From positions 4,404,001 through 4,468,000 of the forward strand of contig CM075994.1 of NCBI GenBank assembly GCA_038087875.1: a DNA stretch of 64,000 bases, in the 5' to 3' direction. Under the pieces are notes generated by a model that worked only from the letters and a program-made list of their open reading frames with translations, did no database searches and was not told the DNA's origin. A program made the translations under genes and the position numbers. This document shows, piece by piece, positions 23,583-35,608 of the stretch. This stretch comes from Malacoraja senta (lineage: Eukaryota). Position 1 is the first letter of the stretch; each line of letters opens with the position of its first letter.

Positions 23583-26180
23583 CAATAGATAATACACAAT
23601 AGGTGCAGGAGTCGGCCATTCGGCCCATCGAGCCAGCACCGCATTCAATGTGATCACGGCTGATCATCCCCAATCAGTACCCCGTTTCCTGCCTTCTCCC
23701 CATATCCCCTGACTCCACTATCTATAAAAGCCCTATCTAGCTCTCCCTTGAAAGCATCCAGAGAACCGGCCTCCACCGTCCTCTGAGGCAGAGGAGGAAT
23801 AGGAGAGGTGGAGAGATGGTTGGAAAGGGAGAAGGGGGGGTGGAGGAGGTAGAGGGGAGGGGGGTGTTCAAACAACGAGAGGATAGGGTGTGGTTTACAC
23901 CAAAGATAGACACAAAATGCTGGGGTAAGTCAGTGGACAGGCAGCATCTCTGGAGAAAAAGGAATAGGTAACGTTTTGGGTCGAGACCCTCCTTCAGACT
24001 GAGAATCAGGGGAGAGGGAGACTAAAGATATGAAAAGGTGCAAAGAACAAATGAATGAGGTAGAAAATAACAAATTGAAACACTGATCCACACACTCAGT
24101 AACATTTCCCCACCCAACACGGACCCACTGTTATCAGGTAACTTAACCATCTTACCAACAATTAGAGAGCGGTCCCCACATCACTGGAGACCCACAGACC
24201 ATCTTTAATTGGACTTTACTGTACTTTATCTTTCACTAAACGTTATCCCCTTCATCATGTTTCTGTACACTGGACTGCTCAATTGAAATCCTGTATACTC
24301 TTTCAGCTGACTGGATAGAACGCAACAAAAAAACAGCTCACTGTACCTCGGTATACTTGACAATAAACTGAAGAACTGTCTGAAGAAGGGTTTCGGCCCG
24401 AAACGTTGTCTATTTCCTTCGCTCCATAGATGCTGCTGCACCCGCTGAGTTTCTCCAGCATTTTGTGTACCAAAGAACTGCAGATGCTGGTCCATACCGA
24501 ATATAGACACAAAGTGCTGGAGTAACTCAGCGGGACAGGCAGCATCTCTGGTGAGAAGGAATGGGTGATGTTTTGGGTCGAGACCCTTCTTCAGACTGAG
24601 AGTCAGTGGAGAGGGAGACTAGATATTTAGATGGGCACGGTGTGAAAATGACAGATCAAAGGAGACGGTGATTGAGGAAATGGAGAACGGTTCATTATTA
24701 GTTGCAGAAAAGGTGACAAGGAGACATACAATCAGCAAAATTAATCAGGAGGACTGAAGCTAGTCGGAGAACAAGGGTTGGGGAGGGACAGAGAGAGAGG
24801 GAAAGCAAGGGTTACTTGAAATTAGAGAAATCAATATTCATACTGCTGGGTTGCAAGCTGCCCAAGCGAAATATGAGGTGCATTTTCTCCAATTTGCGTT
24901 GAGGGAGACACAAGACTGCCGATGATGGAATCTAGCTTAGCACACAAAGTTCTGGAGTAACGCAGCAGGTCAGGCAGCATCTCTGGAGGACATGAATAAG
25001 CGACGCTTCATTTCGGGACCCTTCTGCAGACTCCTTTAGGCTATGATGATAATTTGCAGTGGAGGAATGGGATGGCTTTGATGGGTGACACAGTCTTGAT
25101 GGACCTAATGGCCCTCTTGACAATTATGAAGTGATCATAAGGAACCGAAGAAGGGTCTTGACCCAAAACGTCATCAATTCCTTTACTCCAGAGACGCTGC
25201 CTGAGTCACTCCAGCATTTTGTGTTTATCTCCGGTACAAGCTAGCATCTGCAGTTCCTTCCTACACATGAAGGAATGTGACACAGGAGAGGCAGCACAAG
25301 ACACGTCAAGGAATTGGGGATCAAATACTGCAGACAGCAGAAAAGGTAGAAACCAGGCACGATAGGAAGCAATGGAAAGATAATGATCAGAGAGCACATG
25401 CCCACTGCAAAAGAGGGCAGTTACCCAAAACATGACATCGCTTGTTTCAGAGGCTGACAGAGGGTGGAGACAGATACCGCCCCTTCAATGCTGCCACGGG
25501 ATGCAACAATATGCACATACCAGGCATTGCCAGACCTCTTTTGGAGCAGGCGGATCTTGGCACCAAACAAAAACCTTTGGCATTGTATGGGCAGCAGCAG
25601 GCAGTTGTTAAAACATGATAACTATAATACTGCTTAGGCCTAATGGAGGGCCGGGAGGAAATACCAGACACTATCAAGGTGGCACAGTGGCGCAGCTAGT
25701 AGAACTGCCGCCTCGCAGCGCCAGAGACCCGTGTTCAATCCTGACGTTGGACACTGTGTGTGGTGTTTGCATGTTCTCCCTGTGACCATGTGGGTTTCCT
25801 CCGACACCCGCAAAGACGTGTGGATTTGGAAGCTAATTGGGCCTCTGTAAATTGTCGCTGGTGAGTAGGGAGTGGATGAGAAAGTGGGATAACGCGGAAC
25901 TGGTGCGAAAGGGTGATCGAAGGTCGGCGTGGACTCGGTGAGAGCCGGAGCCAGGGCCTGTTTCCATGCTGTATCTCTAAACTAACCCAAGGACTGCAGG
26001 GGGCACTGGTGGGCAAATGTTTGAAACACTATCTCTGCTCCATTGAGCAATGACAGGTGGGTACTTTATTGCAACTGCTCCTGGAGCACTTCAGGGTGTT
26101 GCAGTGGGCTGAATCTGACCTCAAAGGACGGTGAGCAGCGGCAGTTTTAATGTTAGAGATACAGCGTGGAGAGACACAGC

Positions 26181-26470
26181 GGGCGGCATGGTGGCGCAGC
26201 GGTGAAGTTGCCTCCTTTCAGCACCGTAGACCCGGGTTCAATCCTGACTACGGGTGCTGTCTGTACGGAATTTGTGCGTTCTCCGCATGACCTCATGGGC
26301 TTTCCCCGGGTGCTCCGGTTTCCTCCCACACTCCAAAGATGCACAGGCTTCAGTATCGATTGTAAATTGTCCCTCATGTGTAGGATAGTGCTAATATACA
26401 GGAATTGCTGGTTGGCGCAGACTCGGTGGGCCGAAGGGCCTGTTTCCGCGCTGTATCTCTGAACTCTAAA
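26181..26470 (+). mobile_element. tRNA-derived SINE (HE1-like), representative of more than 20 copies in the window
   Basis: A box TGGCGCAGCGG 26192, B box GGTTCAATCC 26235, CR1-like tail GGGCCGAAGGGCCTGTTTCCGCGCTGTATCTCT; other copies e.g. 3000-3325(-), 7640-7980(-), 14080-14340(+), 37500-37785(-), 48420-48720(-), 51210-51520(+), 60960-61255(+). Confidence 0.85.
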
Positions 26471-27206
26471 CATAAAATATGAGAGATAACAAGGACCCCC
26501 TATGGAAAGTCAGCAACCTTGGCCCAGTATCTCAATCACCATGGGGACACAAGAAACTACAAATGCTGGAATCTTAAGTGGGGGAAAAAAGGTAAACTGC
26601 TGGAGGAACTCAGTGTATCAGGCAGCATCTGTGGAGGGAATGGAATGGCAACTTCGAATGCTGAGTCTGAAGAAAGGTCCCGACCCGAAACGTCACATAT
26701 CCATTTCCGCCGCAGATGCTGCCTGACCTGCAGAATCCCTCCAGCACTTTGTTTTTTGCTTTCATACAGTGTGCAAAATCCCCCAAAATATATCTTTTAA
26801 AACATCAGGTCAAAGGAATAGGAGTAGAATTAGGCCATTTGGCCCATCAAGTCTATTCAATCATGGCTGATCTATCTCTCCCTCCATTCTCTTGCCTTCT
26901 CCCCATACCCTCTGGCACCTGTACTAATCAAGAAGAATCAAGAAAACAATTTTGATAACTTCAGCTAAACACAAAGTTCTGGAGGAACGTAGTGAGTCAG
27001 GCAGCATCTGTGGGGGGGAAATGAACAGACATCATTTTGGTTCCCTGCTGACACTCCATCCCAACCTGAAACATTGTCTGTCCATTTCAGACACAATTTT
27101 CTGTGCAGATACAGACCGTGTCATCATCCTTGAAGCCAGCACTGAGCTATTGTAAGTTTACACTGTTTCTGAGGAAACAAAATTACTAAATCATCACAGA
27201 GCCATC

Positions 27207-27406
27207 NNNNNNNNNNNNNNNNNNNNNNNNNNNNNNNNNNNNNNNNNNNNNNNNNNNNNNNNNNNNNNNNNNNNNNNNNNNNNNNNNNNNNNNNNNNNNN
27301 NNNNNNNNNNNNNNNNNNNNNNNNNNNNNNNNNNNNNNNNNNNNNNNNNNNNNNNNNNNNNNNNNNNNNNNNNNNNNNNNNNNNNNNNNNNNNNNNNNNN
27401 NNNNNN
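27207..27406. other. assembly gap (200 N) in NRM intron 1
   Basis: run of N. Confidence 1.
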
Positions 27407-29382
27407 AAACTGCATTGGATCTTCATGGAAAATTAATTGTTTACCTTTAGTCTGGAGATACAGCGCAGATTCTGCCTTTGAGACAGAATCCACACCGACC
27501 AGCGATCCCCGTACACTAGCCCTATCCTACACATAGGGACAATTTACACCAAAGCCAATTAACCTACAAACCCGCACCCATGTGGGGCGTGGGAGGAAAC
27601 CGGAGCAACCGGATGCAACCCACGCGGTCGCGGGGAGAGCGTGCAAACTCCACCTGGACGGGCAGCCCCGAGGTTGGGATCGATCTCTGTTCTCGGACAC
27701 TGTGGCAGCACGGTGACGCAGCTGTTGTGTGATACATAATCGCTAGCCTGGGGGACTTGTCTGTAAATCCTCTGTAATTTCACATGTTCAGCATTATTGG
27801 AAGAAACACAAATCATTGGGAAGAACTGTTGTAAAGACATCAATTTAGCCCGTGGTCAGGAATGTTTGGTTTGGTTTGGTTTGGTTTATGGTCATGTGCA
27901 CAGAGATACAGTGAGATGCTTGTTCTGCTTACTATCTGGTCAAATCATACTGTACATAAGTACAATAGATCCTCTTCTGGAAAAGCACACCTAAGGTTGC
28001 CTCATTTCACCACAATCGTGCAACATCCAAGTCTCCAAAAAGTCCATTCTTGACCTAAGCTCAACTTTCCACCTCATTGTTGACCCTGGGACTATCCTTG
28101 ATCGGACTTTGCTGGCTTTACCTTGCACTAATCGTTATTCCTTTATTATGTATCTATACACTGTAAATGGGTCAATTGTAATCATGTATTGTCTTTCAGC
28201 TGACTGGATAGCACGCAACAAAAGCTTTTCATTGTACTTGGGTACATGTGACAATAAACTAAACTAACTAACTAAGGTGATATGCAATTCATTACTTTCT
28301 CATCCCTTGCACTGGATTGATGAAGTAGGGGTCAGCTCCTTCCTTGCCTCTCTCGATCCGCTCGTTCGCCCCGCTACTGTAGGGCCTAACCGCGGCCACC
28401 CGCAACCACCGCAAACGTGCCGTCCATCGCCACCACACGCCAAAGTCGCCCCATCTCGAGCTGATCACGGGAATTTAGAGCACTTTCCGAGGCCGAGGTG
28501 AGTTTTAGTTTAGAGATACAGCACGGAAACAGGCCCTCTGGCCCACCGAGTCCACACCGACCAGCGATCCTCGCACATTAACACTACTAGGAACAACGTA
28601 CATTTATACCAATTCAATTAACTTGCAAACCTGTAGGTTTTTGGAGTGTGGCAGGAAACTCAGATCTCAGAGAAACAAGATCTCAGAGAAAAACCACACA
28701 GGTCATGGGGAAACTCCGTACAGACAGGACTCGTGGTCGGGATCGTACCCGGGTCTCTGTATGCCAGCAACTATACCTCTGTGCCGCCCAAGTTCACAGA
28801 CGCCGACTTTCTCCTTAGCCTTCCACCGCCACCATCTCGGCTACATACAGTGGTCAGGATGAGCCATGAAACCCATACAATGGAACAATGTACTTGTTGC
28901 CAATTTACAAGTACATTGGACTGAATAACAATACATATGCAATAAATCATATCATTCTAGCTGACCATGATTGTGCAAAAAAACACAAGGTATGTGGAGT
29001 AACCTAAGCAATGCAAATTCCGTAGTTGTTCAGCCGGTTTGTGGTTAGGGTTGCGCAGGATGGTTCAGGAACATGATGGTCATTGGGAAGAAATTTCTTG
29101 CACCTGGAGCTGACAATTCACTGGCTGCTGCGCCTTCTTCACGATGGTAACAGCAAGAAGTGAGCATGGCCAGTGGTGTGGGTCTTTGATATTAGTTGCC
29201 TTCTTAGTCATGCAACAGGGAAACCCACCCTTCGGCCCATCTCGCCCATGCCGATCAAAATGCCCTATCTACGCTGGTCCCACCTGCCCGAGTGTGGACC
29301 ATATCCCCATAAACCTTTCCTATCCATGCACCTGTCTCAATGTCTTTTAAATGTTGTAATAATACCTCCCTCAACTACCCCT

Positions 29383-29895
29383 AGAAACATAGAAAATAGA
29401 TGCAGGAGGAGGCCATTCGGCCCTTCGAGCCAGCACCGCCATTCATTGTGATCATGGCTGATCATCCCCAATCAATAACCTGTGCCTGCCTTCTCCCCAT
29501 ATCCCTTGATTCCACTAGCCCCTAGAGCTCTATCTAACTCTCTCTTAAATCCATCCAGTGACTTGGCCTCCACTGTGGTAGGGAATTCCACAAATTCACA
29601 ACTCTCTGGGTGAAAACATTTTTTTCTCACCTCAGTCTTAAATGGCTTCCCCTTTATTCTAAGACTGTGGCCCCTGGTTCTGCACTCGCCCAACATTGGG
29701 AACATTTTTCCTGCATCTAGCTTGTCCAGTCCTTTTATAATTTTGTATGTTTCTATAAGATATCCCCTCATCCTTCTAAACTCCAGCGAATACAAGCCTA
29801 GTCTTTTCAATCTTTCCTCATATGACAGTCCTTGCCATCCCAGGGATCAATCTCGTGAACCTACCTCAATCACAAGGATGTCTTTCCTCAAATTA
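29383..29895 (-). mobile_element. CR1 LINE 3' end
   Basis: [15 protein letters not shown]...[11 protein letters not shown]. Confidence 0.9.
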
Positions 29896-30626
29896 GGGAG
29901 CTGGCAGCTTGTTCCATATACCCAGCATCCTCTGTGTGAAAAAAATTGGTTCTCAATTTCCGAATAAATCTTTGCCCTCTTGCCTTAAACCTATGCCCAC
30001 TGGTGCATGATATCCCAATTCTGGATAAAATACTGCAATCACCCTTATTCCCCTCATAATCATTCCTCAGCCATCTGCGCTCCAAGGAATAAAGTCCTAG
30101 TCTATTCAACCTCTCCCTACACCTCAGGACCTCAAGTCCTGGGAATATTTTGGTAATGCTGCCTCTGAATCCTTTTGGTGGGGTGGTCAGTACCCGTGAC
30201 CGAGTAATGTCCATAAGACATAGAAGCAGAATTAAGCCATTTGGCCCACCCAGTCTGTTCCGTCATCCGATCATGGCGGATTATTTTTTCCCTCTCAACC
30301 TCATTCTCCTGCCTTCTCCCCTTAACCGTTGTCGCTCCCGCTGAGTTACTCCATCATTCTGTGTGTCTTATCTCCGGTGCAAACCAGCACCTGCAGTCCC
30401 TTCCTCCACCTATTACCTGCTCGGCTTTGTCCTGCCTCTCGTCTGTCCCAGCCTTCTTCACCCACCTTCTACAAACAGGCTGAAGAAGGTCCTGATCTGA
30501 AAGGTCACCTGTGCATGGTCTCCAGAGATGCTGCATGACTGCTGATTTACTCTAGTGCTTTGTGTCCCAGTAGTTGTTTGCTGTAATATGCTGATCCTGC
30601 CTGAACAGCTGCCATTGTTCCCCCAG

Positions 30627-30829
30627 ATGCAGACCGACATGAGGATTGGCAGTCCACCCTGGGAGACCGCAAGGTCCTCCTGACCCTCGCATTCGACCTG
30701 GCGCTCCTTGTTATCTTCATTCTGCAGCACAGCCTGATGGCAGCGGAGACCGTGAAGAACTGGACGCTGGCTTGCTTTGGTGTGCTCCAGAGATCGCTCT
30801 ATGTATTCTCTACAGCCGCCTCTCTGCAG
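30627..30829 (+). CDS. NRM: nurim exon 2
   Basis: ccccag|AT...; DLALLVIFILQHSLMAAETVKNWT...FGVLQRSLYVFSTAASLQ|gtagca; matches nurim QHSLMA and FGVLQRSLYV motifs. Confidence 0.93.
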
Positions 30830-31060
30830 GTAGCATCACCGAATACTTCCACTGTAACACCAAAAAAAACTAACCGACCGACCACACTGGGGTGCTCTGG
30901 TCCCCGGGTTCTCTGATTTCTTCCCACACTTCAAACGCATATAGGTTTGTAGTATGACAGCACCCGTAGTCAGGGTCGAAACTGTACCTCTACCGCCGTG
31001 CCGCTTAGGTTAGGGGAGATTAGAATTAGGTGGAACTGGTTTATGGTGAGAAATTTAAAG

Positions 31061-34000
31061 CCCAAGTCAAGAGTCAAGTCAAGTGAGTTTATTGTCATGT
31101 GTCCCAGATAGGACAATTAAATTCTTGCTTGCTGCAGCACAACAGAATATTGTAGGCATGAATACAGATACAGAATAGTGTGTCCATATACCATAGATAG
31201 ATAGATATATCTATGGTATATATATATACATACACACATATATATATATACACATAAATAAACAGATAAAGTACAATAGGCTGTTATAGTTGAGTTTGTT
31301 TGAAGTTCTGTTTAATTGTCTGATGGCTGTGGGGAAGCAGCTGTTCCTGAACCTAGATGTTGCAGATTTCAGGCTCCTGTACCTTCTACCTGAAGGCAGC
31401 AGAGAGATGAGTGTGTAGCCAGGATGGTGTGGGTCCTTGATGATGTTTGCAGCCTTTTTGAGGCAGCGACTGCGATAGATCCCCTCGATGGTAGGGAGGT
31501 CAGAGCTGATGATGGACAGAGCAGTGTTTACAACTTTTTGCAGCTTTTTCCGCTCCTGGACGCTCAAGTTGCCGAACCAAGCCACGATTCAAACCGGTCA
31601 GCATGCTCTCTACTGTGCACCTGTAGAAGTTCGAGAGAGTCCTCCTTGACATACTGACTCTCCGTAATCTTCTCAGGAAGTAGAGGCGCTGGTGTGCTTT
31701 CTTTATAATTGCATCAGTGTTCTGGGACCAGGAGAGATCTTCGGAAATGTGCAATCCCAGGTATTTGAAGTTCTTGACCCTTTCCACCATCGACCCGTTG
31801 ATATAAACGGGACTCGGCCCTCATCCTACCCCTTCCAAAGTCCACAATCAATTCCTTGGTTTTGCTGGTGTTGAGAGACAGGTTATTGTTCTGGCACCAT
31901 TTGGTCAATCGGTCGATCTCACTTCTATATTCTGACTCGTCCTCATCACTGATACGTCCCACAACAGTGGTGTCGTCTGCGAACTTGATGATGGAGTTCG
32001 CACTATGTCCGGCTACGCAGTCATGAGCATAGAGTGAGTACAGCAGGGGGCTGAGCACGCAGCCTTGAGGTGCTCCCGTGCTGATTGTTATCGAGGATGA
32101 CACATTTCCACCAATATGAACAGTCTGTGGTCTGTGGATGAGGAAGTCGAGGATCCAATTGCAGAGGGATGCGCAGAGACCCAGATCTGAGTGCTTGGTA
32201 ACCAGCTTGGAGGGGATGATGGTTTTTTTGTTGGTTTTTTTGGGGGGTTTTGTGCGCGCCCCCTCCCTGGGATGATGGTATTAAATGCTGAGCTGTAGTC
32301 AATGAATAACAGCCTGACATATGAGTTTTTGTTGTCCAAGTGGTCCAGAGTGTAGTGGAGAGCCAGTGGGATCGCATCCACCGTTGATCTGTTGTGGCGA
32401 TAAGCGAACTGCAGTGGGTCCAGGTTTTTGTCGAGGTATGAGTTGATTTGCGCCAAGATCAGCCTCTCAAAGCACTTCATCCCACAGACGTGAGTGCCAC
32501 TGGTCGATAGTCATTGAGGCACGTCACCTTGCTCTTCTTGGGCACCAGTATTACTGATGCCCTTTTAAAGCAGGTGGGTACCTCAGACCTCAGAAGTGAG
32601 AGGTTGAAAATGTCCGTAAAAACTCCAGCCAGATGGTCAGCACAGGTTTTTAAAACACGCCCGGGTATACCATCAGGTCCAGGTGTTTTTCGAGGGTTCA
32701 CCCCTCGGAATGATTTTCTGACATCAGCCTCTGTGACTGTGACTGAAATACCATCACGGCGAATGGGGGCTCGGGAACGCACATCAGTGTTCTCCCTATC
32801 AAAGCGTGCGTAAAACGCATTGAGCTCATCAGGGAGTGATGTTTCGCCGACATTCGAGCTGCCTCCTGATTTCGCCTTGTAGGAAGGAGGTGATTGCATT
32901 CAGGCCCTGCCACAGTTGCCGAACATCCGTCTCATCCTCCAGCGTGGAGCAGGTCCCTTTTGGCCTTTTTGATGGCCTTACCAAGGTCGTATCTGGACTT
33001 CGTATAGACCTCTGTATCTCCAGACCTGAATGCCCTGGATCTGGTCTTCAGAAGAATGCTGATCTCATGGTTCATCCAAGGCTTCTCGTTAGGAAACACT
33101 CGGAAGGTTTTTGTTGGGATGCAGTCCTCCACACATTTCTTTATGAAGTCTGTAGCGACTGTGGCGTATTTGTTCAAGTCCATTGCCGAGTCCCTGAACA
33201 TTGCCCAGTCTACAGACTCCAAACAATCCTGGAGTTGTTCCTCTGCCCCGCCCCCACCCCCCCCCCCCCCCGACCAGCTCTGTACTGTCCTCACCTCTGG
33301 GGGTGCGCTCTTCAATTGCTGCCTGTAGGCAAGAAGAAGCAGCACCGCAGTATGGTCGGATTTACCGAAGTGAGGGCGAGGGATAGAGCGATAGGCATCC
33401 TTGATGGTCGTGTAGCAGTGGTCGTGGGTGCTTGGTCCTCTGGTGCAGCAGGAAACATGTTGGTGGAAGTTAGGGAGTGATTTCTTAAGGTTGGCTTTGT
33501 TGAAATCGCCGGCTATGGTGGTAAATGCCTCAGGGTAAGCCGTCTGGTGCTTGTTTACCACGGTGTGCAGCTCCCCCAGTGCCAGATGGACATCTGCCTG
33601 AGGAGGGATGTAGTCCGCGATCAGGATGATGGAGGTGAATTCCCTCGGTAGGTGGAAGGGACGGCACTTCACAGCCAGGTGTTCCAGGTGTGGAGAGCAG
33701 GAGTTGGACAGGACTGCCACGTCTGAGCACCACGCAGAGTTGACCATGAGGCAGACGCCCCCTCCTCTCCCTTTCCCAGATGCCAGTGTACACTCCATGC
33801 AAAACCATCAGGCTGGACCGCTGAGTCTGGGGAGCCATGTCTCTGTGAAACAGAACACAGAGCATTCCCTCAGCTCCCTTTGGTAAAGCAGTCTTGTCTT
33901 AAGTCCTCCACTTTATTTTCAAGAGATTGTACATTGGCCAGGAGGATGGTGGGGAGAGAGGGTCAAAGTCCCCTGAGCTTCAGTCTGATCTGAAGTCCTG

Positions 34001-34387
34001 CCCGTCGGCCACGTTTCCGGACACAATGGAGGCCTCCCCGTAGTTTCCAGGTACTGTACTTACTGTACCTGCTGTTTCTGCGAACCTGCGCTGGAACGGG
34101 GGTTCCCTTGCAGACGGCAGCTCCAGCTCCGTTGCTCCTGGGAGATCTTGCCCGCTGGCTCCGGCGGTCTTCCAGGTACAGTACCTGTGATCCTCCGTCG
34201 GGTCGGGTGTTCCCCAGCTGTGGGAGATGGCGATATCGCTAGTGCCTTCAAATGCACTAGCAGCTTGTCCGTTACGGCGCCGATTTCTGCCGTTTCTCTG
34301 ATCAAGTGTGAGTTGATTGAAGCTATAAATAATCCTCTTCTGTTGAGCAGCTGGCAAAATGTCGCTACAGGCAGGCGCCATCTTCAG
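31061..34387 (-). mobile_element. near full-length Rex1/Babar-type LINE (APE + RT, frameshifted) in NRM intron 2
   Basis: GKGRGGGVC, AGDFN, FGKSDH (APE); [34 protein letters not shown] (RT); 5' AAGATGGCG; AATAAA plus (CTTGA)n tail. Confidence 0.92.
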
Positions 34388-35431
34388 TCTGGTCCCCGGG
34401 TGCTCTGTGATTTCTTCCCACACTTCAAACACATATAGGTTTGTAGTTTGACAGCACCCGTAGTCAGGATCGAACCTGTGCTTCTACCGCCGTGCCGCCT
34501 AGGTTAGGGGAGATTAGAATTAGGTGGAACTGGTTTATGGTGAGAAATTTAAAGGCAATCTGCGGGATAGGTCTCTCAGTCACAGGTACTGATTATGTGG
34601 AAAGAGATACAGCAGGAGATGTGGAGGCTGATACAATTACAACATTTAATTGACTTTTGCCCTGGTTTTCATTTAGTTTTGAGATACAACATGTATCAGG
34701 CCCATCGTGTTCTAGCCGACCATCGATCACCTGTTCACACTGGTTCTATGTTATCTGCCTTTCGCATCCACTCCCTCCACACTAGGGTCAATTTACCTTA
34801 CCCGATTAACATACAAATCCACACATCTTTGGCACATGGGCAGAAACCAGAGCTCCCGGAGGACACCCGGGATAATGTGCAAACTCCACACATAGACACA
34901 TTTAGATAGCTATACACAAAATGCTGGAGTAACTCAGCGGGACAGGCAACATCTCTGGAGAGAAGGAATGGGTAATGTTTCGGGTCCAGTTCCTTCTTCA
35001 GACTCTACCCAAAACGTCACCCATTCCTTCTCTCCAGAGATGCTGCCTGTCCCGCTGAGTTACTCCTGCATTTTGTGTCTATCTTCGGTTTAAACCAGCA
35101 TCTGCAGTTCCTTCCTACGCAGGTTAATTGGCTTCAGTAAAATTATAAGTTATCCCTAGTGTGTAGGAAATTCCAGTTTACCGGGTGACCTCTGGTTGGC
35201 GCAGAAGCAGTGGGCCAAAGGGCCTCTCTCTACGATGCAATCTCTGAAGTCTACTGTAAAGTCTACTTTACTGAATAAAGTCTGAGCATTCTACAAATCG
35301 TGAACATGCCACACTGTCCCCCACATGAGAATATTATGTTTACTACAATAAGGAATATTGTATACACTCCTACCTTTGAATATGTGGGTCTCTTCCACCT
35401 CTCCAGTCTAATGGTCTCTGTCCTCCTACAG

Positions 35432-35608
35432 TTGCTGATGAGGTATTGGCAGCCCATCCAGGCCGCACCCTTTCTGTGGAACATCAGCTGGGAGCCCTGG
35501 GCAACCTGGTTCCCCCTGATCTGCTACATCGTTCACATCATCGCCTGGCTAATCATCCTCAGCATTGTGCTCATCTTCGACTATGCCGAGCTCATGGGCC
35601 TTAAGCAG
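35432..35608 (+). CDS. NRM: nurim exon 3
   Basis: cctacag|LLMRYWQPI...[11 protein letters not shown]...[11 protein letters not shown]|gtgagt. Confidence 0.95.

Noticed and set aside
22772..23644. 290-aa Pro/Ser/Leu-rich - strand ORF
   Set aside because: Antisense of NRM exon 1 plus the polypurine tract and a CR1 tail.
26181..26260. tRNA-like A/B boxes (many copies)
   Set aside because: These are SINE heads continuing into SINE body and tail, not tRNA genes.
32212..32280. Low-complexity insert inside the Rex1 RT, flanked by GGGATGATGGT
   Set aside because: Homopolymer-rich; may be a read or consensus error or trivial slippage.
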